IMG/VR virus record: IMGVR_UViG_3300025383_000010
Reading direction: 5' to 3' (one strand)
DNA length: 64,000 bases
DNA from: a virus
The translations under genes and the position numbers were made by a program. Below, piece after piece: positions 28,872-37,124 of the stretch. The first letter of the stretch is position 1. The number at the start of each line of letters is the position of its first letter. The notes under the pieces were generated by a model that worked only from the letters and a program-made list of their open reading frames with translations, was not told the origin of the DNA and did not search any database.

Positions 28872-29092
28872 AAACTGCATTCACATTCAAGCGTCGGTGG
28901 TGGGGTATAGATCACGAAGATCAACCTCCCCAATGGTGGAAAAACTTCCTTGATGCATATAGCCCGTCGGGAGAAGCTGCATATAAAGAACTTAGTAAGA
29001 TTGCTAAAGTTAGACACATGACCAACGGAAATATCCGTGTAGTGTTCAACAGTCCCGGCGATCTATCGTTCTTTATCTTGAGGTGGTCATGA
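28868..29092 (+). CDS. LRWS-array unit 6
   Basis: MKTAFTFK...FFILRWS. Confidence 0.8.
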   Translation: MKTAFTFKRRWWGIDHEDQPPQWWKNFLDAYSPSGEAAYKELSKIAKVRHMTNGNIRVVFNSPGDLSFFILRWS

Positions 29093-29316
29093 TTACCTAT
29101 ATAGAAAGCACATATGAGTCCCGTGGAGCCAGTTTCACCTTAGCTACGCCGGTATTACACAAGGTTTGTTTTAATCATTATGATCGTTTGGAAGTAATGA
29201 ACTGGTGTGAACAAAACTGTAAGGCTAAGTTCTATCCCGGGCCTTCTTGGGCAGGGCATTTTTTTGAGTTTGAAGACGATGAAGACGCTGTTTGGTTTGC
29301 GTTGAGGTGGTCATGA
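29089..29316 (+). CDS. LRWS-array unit 7
   Basis: WCEQNC...FEDDEDAVWFALRWS. Confidence 0.8.
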   Translation: MITYIESTYESRGASFTLATPVLHKVCFNHYDRLEVMNWCEQNCKAKFYPGPSWAGHFFEFEDDEDAVWFALRWS

Positions 29317-29549
29317 CACATACCATCAAGCTCGCTGCTGGATTTGATGATCGCCCGGAATGGTTCAAGGAGCGGTATAGTGCTGTCATGGCTGATGCGA
29401 GAACCAACGACAAGTGGTTGGTTCCTAAGCCATGGACTTGGTATTGGAATGACAAATATGAAGGCAAGATTCGCATACGTAATAGTAGCCTGTTTGTTGA
29501 ATTTGACAGTGAGCAGGATTTTATGTGGTTCATTCTGAGGGAAGCATGA
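29313..29549 (+). CDS. LRWS-array unit 8
   Basis: Ends FDSEQDFMWFILREA. Confidence 0.75.
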   Translation: MTHTIKLAAGFDDRPEWFKERYSAVMADARTNDKWLVPKPWTWYWNDKYEGKIRIRNSSLFVEFDSEQDFMWFILREA

Positions 29550-29821
29550 TAAACAACTACGATGTTAACAGTCTGTATCCTTATTTGCCTCCGGTTGACT
29601 TCCTAGCTAGAGGCGGCATCAAACCTTACATATATGTAGGAATGTGGACTCCTACAGAGTGGCGTGTCTATTCAGTAGTAACCGAGATTGCTGATTGGAT
29701 CAAGCAACAGCCTGAGGATATGTGGGTAGGAGCAGAAAACACCAAGCACCTAGTTCCATATGCTCATCCATACGCAGTCAGCCCAGAGTTAGAAGCCTGG
29801 ATTAAGTTGAAGTGGGGATGA
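29546..29821 (+). CDS. LRWS-array unit 9
   Basis: Ends WIKLKWG. Confidence 0.7.
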   Translation: MINNYDVNSLYPYLPPVDFLARGGIKPYIYVGMWTPTEWRVYSVVTEIADWIKQQPEDMWVGAENTKHLVPYAHPYAVSPELEAWIKLKWG

Positions 29822-30135
29822 CTAAAACTATTAGCGGAATTGAAATGAGGGATCGTCTCTTGAAACATATTAATGACCCAAGAGTGCGGGAACTAGAGAA
29901 CAAATATTTTATTCTCTATCGCAAGAGGGTGCAACGCAAGACCGGTGGGTGTAAGAACAAGTGGATTGTTCAGATCAAGATGCGCCCTGACTTTAATTAT
30001 ATGCAGGATCGGCCAGAAGCACTAGCAATCATGGAATCGTTCGGTGGTGAAGACTTTGGTCCTCGCTCTAGGGTATTCAGAAGGTATAGTGATGCTGAAA
30101 AGGCTTGGGTCTATTTAACGTTGAGGTGGTCATGA
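29818..30135 (+). CDS. LRWS-array unit 10
   Basis: Ends DAEKAWVYLTLRWS. Confidence 0.75.
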   Translation: MTKTISGIEMRDRLLKHINDPRVRELENKYFILYRKRVQRKTGGCKNKWIVQIKMRPDFNYMQDRPEALAIMESFGGEDFGPRSRVFRRYSDAEKAWVYLTLRWS

Positions 30136-30386
30136 AAGATTATACTTTTTATAGAATGACTGTTATAATGGATAAATGGACTCGTATTCCTGTGCGTGAC
30201 AAATGGTGCCATCCTAACCATGTGTTTGGATTAAGGAATCCATTAAGCCAAGAAATGAAAGAATGGCTTGACAAAAATGTTAAAGCACATTATGCTATTC
30301 TTGAGGATGAAGATAATTTCGTGAACCATGACATAGCTTTTTCTAGTGAATATGATGCAGCTTTTTTTCTATTGAGGTGGTCTTGA
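30132..30386 (+). CDS. LRWS-array unit 11
   Basis: Ends DAAFFLLRWS. Confidence 0.75.
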   Translation: MKDYTFYRMTVIMDKWTRIPVRDKWCHPNHVFGLRNPLSQEMKEWLDKNVKAHYAILEDEDNFVNHDIAFSSEYDAAFFLLRWS

Positions 30387-30595
30387 CCTACCAAGTAACT
30401 TTCCGTGAAGGTGAAGAACCTGAATGGTATGTGAAAGCATATGACAACGCTTGGGATAATAGATCAGGGTTCACTACATGGGCAAGTGTTTGGAATGAAT
30501 ATTATCCTGATACTAACTTGACTCATTCTGTTAGAGACATAACTGTTACCTTTAAATCCGAAGAAGATTTCACTGTATTTTTATTGAGGTTATAA
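30383..30595 (+). CDS. LRWS-array unit 12 (TTG start)
   Basis: Junction variant TTGAGGTGGTCTTGA supplies the start; ends FLLRL. Confidence 0.7.
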   Translation: MTYQVTFREGEEPEWYVKAYDNAWDNRSGFTTWASVWNEYYPDTNLTHSVRDITVTFKSEEDFTVFLLRL

Positions 30596-30861
30596 TGAGT
30601 AAGAAAACTGTTTTGAGAGAGATTACACACTTCAAGTTCATCCAGACTAAACACGCTCCGCCGGGCGATCAATGGGCTAAGCCACTCTACATCATTGACG
30701 CTTGTAAGGGCTGGACTGCTGCAAGTATTGATATGGAAGAGGTCAGAAACATTGTTGACCCTAATCGCAATATCAGTGGTAAGAATGGTACTCGTTGGAA
30801 GTTCCGCAAGTTTGAAGATGCTGACAAACTATGGATGTATCTTGTTTTGAGGTATTCGTAA
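30595..30861 (+). CDS. LRWS-array unit 13
   Basis: Ends DADKLWMYLVLRYS; resembles unit 10. Confidence 0.75.
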   Translation: MSKKTVLREITHFKFIQTKHAPPGDQWAKPLYIIDACKGWTAASIDMEEVRNIVDPNRNISGKNGTRWKFRKFEDADKLWMYLVLRYS

Positions 30862-31067
30862 TGGCACCGTTGCTTGATGATGGTCCAATCTGGTATTTTG
30901 AAGAAAAGAAACTAATATGGTCATTCTTGCCTAGAAAGTGCAAGGTCTCCGGTGAAACATTGTGGTTCAAGAAGGCTTGGAGAATTAGATTTCATGACTG
31001 GGGCGGGCACGAAGATCGCTGGTATTGTCAGCGAGAATATCTTTGGAAACTACTAAAAGAGGATTGA
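30861..31067 (+). CDS. small Trp-rich protein closing the array
   Basis: TAATG coupling; lacks the terminal motif. Confidence 0.65.
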   Translation: MAPLLDDGPIWYFEEKKLIWSFLPRKCKVSGETLWFKKAWRIRFHDWGGHEDRWYCQREYLWKLLKED

Positions 31068-31113
31068 CATCACCTTCATAACCTGCTATAAGAGTAATTG
31101 TAAGGAGACATAT

Positions 31114-31527
31114 ATGACTATGCATTTGCTCGGACCTGCATTCTCTACGCTCAACACTAACAAGCGTAAGAAGAAGATTTCCGACAGTCAGTATCATAAG
31201 TTTGCTATGGAGCTTAACAGTTACAATAAGCAGATGAAGAAGTATGGTCTCAAGCCCAAGACGCTAGACGAATACATTGCTTATCGTCAGGGTAAGTACA
31301 AGCCCACTCTTAAGGGTGCTCCTAAGGATCCTATGAAGGCTACTACCCTTCGCCGCGAGACTCCGGTAGTTCCGTCTGGTGATGGCATCGGTACTACTTA
31401 CGCTCGTAAGGAAAAGGTTTACACTGGTACGTTGATTAAGGGCATTGCAACTATGCACAAGAGCAATGCTGTTCCTATCATTAACGAAGAACAGATGCAC
31501 GAAGTTGCCCGTATGAGGAGGGGGTAA
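31114..31527 (+). CDS. basic phage protein
   Basis: Own TTGACA/TATAAG promoter at about 31064; GIATMHKSNAVPI. Confidence 0.8.
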   Translation: MTMHLLGPAFSTLNTNKRKKKISDSQYHKFAMELNSYNKQMKKYGLKPKTLDEYIAYRQGKYKPTLKGAPKDPMKATTLRRETPVVPSGDGIGTTYARKEKVYTGTLIKGIATMHKSNAVPIINEEQMHEVARMRRG

Positions 31528-31694
31528 TGACCGTTAAGGAACTCAAAGAACTGCTTGACAAGATGCCGGATGATGCTAAAGTATTCTACGAAGGCGGCGA
31601 ATACAAATATGATTACCGCAGCGTCTACAAGGTAGAATACAACGAACATACAACTTTAGCCTCTTCTGGTAATTCTGTTTTAATTAGGTGATAT

Positions 31695-32090
31695 ATGACT
31701 GATATTTCTACTGAACACATGGATGCTGTCATCAGTGACGGTATTGCGTTTCTTCGCTCTATCACGACCGCATACGGTTCTGATGAGGGCATGAAATTGT
31801 GGGATACTATTGCTAGTACTCTTGACCCTAATATCAAGGGCAAGATTTTCTTTTCCATGCTTACTAATACGCATGAGGATCGTGTTACCTTGTCTGGTGC
31901 GGTTGCTGGTACTAACAAGATCAATTGCATCAAGATCATTCGTCAGTATACTGGTTTGGGGCTGGCCGAAGCCAAGAATGCGTATGAAAACGCTGGTGAT
32001 TATGGTAGCAAGGTCGTTCTTAAGGTTTACCCCAAGAATCGCCGTGAATTCATTGACGAACTTCGTCAGAATGGGATGATCGTGTCGTGA
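31695..32090 (+). CDS. protein with ribosomal L7/L12 C-terminal-like domain
   Basis: KINCIKIIRQYTGLGLAEAKNAYE parallels the L12 motif KIxVIKxVRxxTGLGLKEAKDLVE. Confidence 0.75.
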   Translation: MTDISTEHMDAVISDGIAFLRSITTAYGSDEGMKLWDTIASTLDPNIKGKIFFSMLTNTHEDRVTLSGAVAGTNKINCIKIIRQYTGLGLAEAKNAYENAGDYGSKVVLKVYPKNRREFIDELRQNGMIVS

Positions 32091-32340
32091 TTATTTACAA
32101 GATTCGTCACAAGGATAAGCAGGATAAGTTCCTGTCTGGGACACCCACATACCACTCTTGGCAGAAGGACGGTAGAACCTTTCCAACACTCGGCAAGCTA
32201 CGTACCTTTCTCACTAACAGCATCAAGTATAACAGGCTTTCTGGTGATTGGGAAGTAGTAGAATTTGAACTAACTGAATTGTCAGCAAAAGGCGTTCACG
32301 AAATGATCAAGCCCGAACAACTAATAAAGATGCTAAAAAG

Positions 32341-32841
32341 ATGACTCCAGAACTAGATCAACATATTAGAGAGAAGTATCCTCTTATCTTTTCGCAGCGT
32401 TGTGAAATGTCAATTGGTGATGGGTGGTTTGATATCATTGATCGGCTGTGCGCTAACATTCAAAGTCACATTGATAACGTTGCAGACCATCGTGTACGCT
32501 CTATTCAATGGAATGAGGAAGTAAACAACCCTGACTATGATTGGGCGGACCGTAGTTTTATTAAGCGTGAAGAAAGAAAAGTTCCTGAACTTGTTGAGCA
32601 AGTCATAGCTACTCAAATCAAGGAAAAGTTCGGTACCTTGCGCTTCTACTATCAAGGTGGAGACGATTATATCAGGGGCTTAGAGGCAATGGCAGATTCA
32701 ATGTCTGCTGTGATCTGTGAGGAATGCGGTTCTCCAGGTGAGCGCCGTAGTACTGAAAAAAGGCGCTGGATGAGGGTACTGTGCGAACAACACGCACATG
32801 AACAAGGTTATTTTGAAGACACTGAGGCTGATGTTACCTAA
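32341..32841 (+). CDS. hypothetical phage protein
   Basis: GDGWFDII, QIKEKFGTLRFY, CEECG. Confidence 0.75.
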   Translation: MTPELDQHIREKYPLIFSQRCEMSIGDGWFDIIDRLCANIQSHIDNVADHRVRSIQWNEEVNNPDYDWADRSFIKREERKVPELVEQVIATQIKEKFGTLRFYYQGGDDYIRGLEAMADSMSAVICEECGSPGERRSTEKRRWMRVLCEQHAHEQGYFEDTEADVT

Positions 32842-33628
32842 AATCATTCACCAAATTGCTCCTGCGAACAAAGACATTTGGCACGTTATGTGGCACAAGT
32901 GCTATGAATCTTGGCAGGAGCATTTTACTGATTATGAGTTTAAATTATGGGATGATGATCAGGAGCTTGATGCTTTTGTAAAGTCCAAGTATCCTGATCT
33001 TTATCAAACATACTTGTCTTGTCCCATTCACATTATCAAGATAGATTTTGCTCGTTTACTGATTCTAAACTATTATGGCGGCATGTATGTAGACATGGAC
33101 ATGTACTGCTATAAAGACTTCACTGACGATTTGAACAACCAAATCTGTTTGATTGGGAGTCCATGGCGCAATGAAAAAGTAAACAACTGTCTAATGGCAG
33201 GAGTATCCAATCATGATTTTTGGAAAACTCATATCAACGATGTGAAAAACAATATTGATACGATTGATCACAGAAAACTATTCACTATAGACGGCGTAGA
33301 AGATGTGAATATCAGTAACGATGAAGTCTTGCATATCGCTGGCCCATATGCATTATTAAATAGCTATAACAGTTATCCTAATAAGAGTGAGATTACTATC
33401 TTACCTAGTGAGGAATTTCAGCAGGATTGGCTGTACTATGGACCTGAAATTAAAACTCGTCATTTTATGACAGGCAGATGGGGTCGAGAGTATTACGAAG
33501 TTCTTCAACGTAGACACAAGGAAACTTTCCCTGAATTAACCGAGAAAGAATACGAAGTTATAGAGTTCTATGGTTTCAGGCAGATCAATATGGATAACTT
33601 TGATTTCAAAACTAACTATAACACTTGA
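32831..33628 (+). CDS. GT32-like glycosyltransferase (DXD)
   Basis: PKIIHQ, DFARLLIL..YGGMYVDMD, AGP. Confidence 0.85.
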   Translation: MLPKIIHQIAPANKDIWHVMWHKCYESWQEHFTDYEFKLWDDDQELDAFVKSKYPDLYQTYLSCPIHIIKIDFARLLILNYYGGMYVDMDMYCYKDFTDDLNNQICLIGSPWRNEKVNNCLMAGVSNHDFWKTHINDVKNNIDTIDHRKLFTIDGVEDVNISNDEVLHIAGPYALLNSYNSYPNKSEITILPSEEFQQDWLYYGPEIKTRHFMTGRWGREYYEVLQRRHKETFPELTEKEYEVIEFYGFRQINMDNFDFKTNYNT

Positions 33629-33658
33629 CATTTACCTATAACAGTATATAATGACATA

Positions 33659-34498
33659 ATGAAAATAGCACTAGCCTCGGATCTCCATTTGGAGTTTGAA
33701 ACAATTACCCTTCCCAACACTGAAGGTGCGAAGGTACTGATCCTAAGTGGTGATATCTGCGTAGCTCATAGTCTCCATGACCATCCTATTGATAAGCCTG
33801 TTCCTGCTGATGCTATGAAGCCGGGACGTAATCAGGGTGCTGCTGTTAAGTTCCGTGAGTTCTTTAACCACGTGAACAGTGAGTACGATCATGTGGTGTA
33901 CATCGCAGGTAACCATGAGTTCTATCATGGTCGCTATCCTGACACTATTCAGTGGCTGCGTGACGAGATTGCAAACTATAGTAACATTCACTTCCTTGAT
34001 CAAGATCATATTGAGATTGATGGCGTAACTTTTGTGGGCGGTACCCTTTGGACAAACATGAACAAGGGCGACCCCACTACTATGCACTTGATTGAGAATA
34101 TGATGAATGACTTTAGAATCATTCGTAACAGTCAGCGTAGTTATGCTAGATTCAGCCCATTGGACTCTGTAGTCCATCACAGAGCAACGCTGGAGTACAT
34201 TAAGAAGACTGTTGACAGTGATCCTAATAAGAAGTATGTTGTAGTTGGTCATCATGCTCCTACTCCATTGAGCATTCACGATAAGTACAAAAACGAGTAC
34301 TACATGAATGGTGGCTATCACAGTGACTTGTCAGAGTTCATTCTAGATCGCCCTCAGATCGTCCTCTGGACTCATGGGCATATGCATGATCCATTTGACT
34401 ATATGATGGGAGAGACACGCATTGTGTGCAATCCTAGGGGCTATAAGGGACATGACCCTCGGGCTAATGTGTTTCAATTAAAGTTTATTGACATCTAA
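33659..34498 (+). CDS. calcineurin-like metallophosphoesterase
   Basis: SDLHLE, GDI, GNHE, HHAP, HGHMH, NPRGY; TTGACA/TATAAT promoter ends 6 nt before ATG. Confidence 0.92.
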   Translation: MKIALASDLHLEFETITLPNTEGAKVLILSGDICVAHSLHDHPIDKPVPADAMKPGRNQGAAVKFREFFNHVNSEYDHVVYIAGNHEFYHGRYPDTIQWLRDEIANYSNIHFLDQDHIEIDGVTFVGGTLWTNMNKGDPTTMHLIENMMNDFRIIRNSQRSYARFSPLDSVVHHRATLEYIKKTVDSDPNKKYVVVGHHAPTPLSIHDKYKNEYYMNGGYHSDLSEFILDRPQIVLWTHGHMHDPFDYMMGETRIVCNPRGYKGHDPRANVFQLKFIDI

Positions 34499-34718
34499 GG
34501 AGATTATAATGTTCAAATGGATAGAGAAGTTAGCCGACGATCATCCGCGACGGTATCCGCTAGGTCCTGGAGAAATGCCGATACGAGATGAGCATTATGA
34601 CTCTATGATCTTTGGTAGGGGTTACTGCGACATGAACGGTAAGATGCATCCGTTCAAGGTTACGCTTCCGGGCGTAATTAAAGGCATCATTACATTAAAG
34701 TTTATTGACATCTAAGGA
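34477..34718 (+). repeat. 25-bp perfect direct repeat flanking a small ORF
   Basis: ATTAAAGTTTATTGACATCTAAGGA at 34477-34501 and 34694-34718. Confidence 0.95.
34509..34715 (+). CDS. small ORF between the direct repeats
   Basis: Uses the repeat's AAGGAG RBS; ends LKFIDI, as does the upstream gene. Confidence 0.6.
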   Translation: MFKWIEKLADDHPRRYPLGPGEMPIRDEHYDSMIFGRGYCDMNGKMHPFKVTLPGVIKGIITLKFIDI

Positions 34719-34726
34719 TACTAAAT

Positions 34727-35065
34727 ATGGATATGCTTACAGGATTTCTTATTGGATTCGGTATCTACTGCTCTTTTAAGCTGGGGCAGATGACAGTTAG
34801 AAATGCACTGGCAAATCAGGGTATTAAGAATCTAATGGATAAGGCAAAGATTCCGGTTGCTGTTGCTGAAAAGATTGAGGGACACTATTATCTCTGGGAG
34901 AAGGATACTACCAACTTCTTGTGTCAGGCTCCTTCTCTTGATGAACTTCCGGCAAAGTTGATTGAGAATAAGAAAATCTCTCTTGCGTTGGTTCTATGTC
35001 CCGAAGAAAATGCAGACCAGATTTATTGGTGTATCAATGGAAAGCTAAAGATTGTTGAATCATAA
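34727..35065 (+). CDS. membrane-anchored hypothetical protein
   Basis: N-terminal TM segment. Confidence 0.7.
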   Translation: MDMLTGFLIGFGIYCSFKLGQMTVRNALANQGIKNLMDKAKIPVAVAEKIEGHYYLWEKDTTNFLCQAPSLDELPAKLIENKKISLALVLCPEENADQIYWCINGKLKIVES

Positions 35066-35598
35066 TGAAGGTTAAACTCGGGAAACACCCTAGTGGTAAT
35101 GCAAAAAGAAGGGTGAGTATTGAAGTTGATAGCTTTGATACTTGGTCCCTTGACCACACCCTTGCTCTTATCATTCTTCCTGCACTGATCCAACTTAAAA
35201 ACACTAAGCACGGTGTTCCTAGCAATTTCGTTGAAGACATTGCCGATGATTGGCATAGTCAAGATTGCTTTGACTTCATCAAAGAAGACAAGGATGCTGT
35301 GTTTGAGGCTGGTTGTCAAAAGTGGGAAGATGTTCTTGACAAGATAATCTGGAGTTTTCAACAAATTGCAATTGATGATGAATATGATAGTCAGTATCAT
35401 CATGGTGAAATGAAGATTGGTTGGAAGCCGATCACGGTTCCGCATCCTATTACCGGTATAGTAGAAGAAATGCACGAAATGGTTGACGAGAATCCAAACG
35501 AACATTGGTATGACCACGTAGGACACACACTGCATAATGAGCGCATCCAAGAAGGGCTTGACCTGTTCGGCAAGCACCTGCGTGACCTCTGGGATTGA
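35065..35598 (+). CDS. hypothetical phage protein
   Basis: DTWSLDHTLA...GLDLFGK..DLWD. Confidence 0.75.
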   Translation: MKVKLGKHPSGNAKRRVSIEVDSFDTWSLDHTLALIILPALIQLKNTKHGVPSNFVEDIADDWHSQDCFDFIKEDKDAVFEAGCQKWEDVLDKIIWSFQQIAIDDEYDSQYHHGEMKIGWKPITVPHPITGIVEEMHEMVDENPNEHWYDHVGHTLHNERIQEGLDLFGKHLRDLWD

Positions 35599-35599
35599 T

Positions 35600-36082
35600 A
35601 TGAAACCTAAATACATAACGTTGTACATGGATTTAGCAGACCGCATAAGCCAAATGTCTTATGCAAAACGATTGCAGGTTGGAAGTGTCATCGTAAAAGA
35701 AAACACCATTATCTCATATGGTTGGAATGGAATGCCCTCCGGTTGGGAGAATGACTGCGAAACCCGTACTCACTATACTGACGGTGGTCCGGAAGGTCCT
35801 GTTTGGTATGATGAAAATGGCAGTATGTATGGGCTAAAGACTAAGCCCGAAGTGCTGCACTCCGAAATGAACTCCTTAATGAAGGTCGCACAATCTACCG
35901 AGTCTTCGGCGGCCGCTACTATGTTTTGTACTCACGCACCGTGCATGGACTGTGCCAAGGCTATTTACCAAGCAGGGATTTCTACTCTATATTACCGAGA
36001 AGAATACCGCTCACTAAAAGGAGTAGAGTTTCTAAAGAAATCAGGAGTAAATGTTCTCAAATATGAAGATAGGGATAAATAA
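35600..36082 (+). CDS. cd: dCMP deaminase
   Basis: QVGSVIVK, GWNG, HSEMN, PCMDC. Confidence 0.92.
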   Translation: MKPKYITLYMDLADRISQMSYAKRLQVGSVIVKENTIISYGWNGMPSGWENDCETRTHYTDGGPEGPVWYDENGSMYGLKTKPEVLHSEMNSLMKVAQSTESSAAATMFCTHAPCMDCAKAIYQAGISTLYYREEYRSLKGVEFLKKSGVNVLKYEDRDK

Positions 36083-36108
36083 AAGTGCTACACGCAGAGG
36101 CATCTTTT

Positions 36109-36675
36109 ATGAAAAAACTAACGCACATACATCACATTATACCTCGTCATATGGGAGGGACTGACGATCCTTCTAATCTCATTGAATTATCACTTGCTGA
36201 ACACGCCGAGGCCCATTTAAAACTTTATGAGGACCACGGTAAAAAACAGGACCTTTGGGCTTACTATCTATTGTCAGGACAGACAGAGGAAGCCTTTTTA
36301 CTCAACTGTTCTGCGGGAGGGAAGATTCAAGGGAAGGTAAATGCAGAAAACGGCCATATGCAAAAGATACAGAAAATGGCTAACTGTAGTGAAGCCGGTA
36401 AAAAGGGCGGCGCCGCAACTATGGCAGCCGGGAAAGGTGCATTTGGTGATCCGGCCGAGAGACTTAAATCGTGCATAAAGGGAGGCAAGGCTCAAGGAAA
36501 ACGCAATGCCGAATCTGGGCATTTAGCAAGAATAGCCCAGATGCCCATAGAACTTAACAAGCGCACTCTTGGACAGATTTGGGTTACAGACGGTACAAAT
36601 AACAAGATGCTTAAATCCGGTGAGGCCATTCCTGAAGGATTTAGTCGTGGAAAAACTCAAAAGAAAAGTCAATGA
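36109..36675 (+). CDS. HNH homing endonuclease with GGK/KGG repeats
   Basis: HHIIPRHMGGTDDPSNLIEL..EHAEAH. Confidence 0.88.
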   Translation: MKKLTHIHHIIPRHMGGTDDPSNLIELSLAEHAEAHLKLYEDHGKKQDLWAYYLLSGQTEEAFLLNCSAGGKIQGKVNAENGHMQKIQKMANCSEAGKKGGAATMAAGKGAFGDPAERLKSCIKGGKAQGKRNAESGHLARIAQMPIELNKRTLGQIWVTDGTNNKMLKSGEAIPEGFSRGKTQKKSQ

Positions 36676-36878
36676 TCAATATACCGACCGCACATAAAGC
36701 TAACATTGATATTCCATATGGGCATTTGCAGCCTGTTCTTGATTGGTGTGAGAGAAACTGTGAAGGTGATTACCGTTTTGTTGATCTTGTCGGTGATCAA
36801 GACAGTGACACAGGACGGTGGGAGTTCGTTTTTGAATCCGACCGAGACTATGTAGCATTTCTTATGTGGCAGAAGTAA
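36672..36878 (+). CDS. small protein related to the LRWS family
   Basis: WCERNC...FESDRDYVAFLMW, but lacks the TTGAGG junction. Confidence 0.65.
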   Translation: MINIPTAHKANIDIPYGHLQPVLDWCERNCEGDYRFVDLVGDQDSDTGRWEFVFESDRDYVAFLMWQK

Positions 36879-37124
36879 TGAGTTATATTGTATTACAACG
36901 AGAATCCAACAACTTCAAGGATATTTTGAATGATTCGGTCATTAAGCGCAATATTCGCTTAAAGATGAGTTTTAAGAATCACTTGATCCTAGACTTTGCT
37001 GATGAACAGACTGCATCGTACTTTATGCTAAAGTATGGCGATGATGTGGTTAGCATGTCTCATATCGTTCCTAACAGAACACCTATTCCCAATAAGGACT
37101 ATGTTCCTGAGCGTAAAAAGAGAA

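Larger units (their letters stand above)
27973..30863 (+). repeat. 13 gene-junction repeats, consensus TTGAGGTGGTCATGA
   Basis: Copies start at 27973, 28182, 28400, 28573, 28857, 29078, 29302, 29535, 29807, 30121, 30372, 30584, 30847; six match the consensus exactly. Confidence 0.92.

Noticed and set aside
29555-29585. YDVNSLYP resembling family-B DNA polymerase motif A in array unit 9
   Set aside because: Isolated octapeptide in a roughly 90-aa protein; cannot support a polymerase call.
27973-30863. CRISPR array interpretation of the periodic repeat
   Set aside because: Repeats are only about 15 nt, the intervening units are 170-320 nt open reading frames, and no cas genes are visible.
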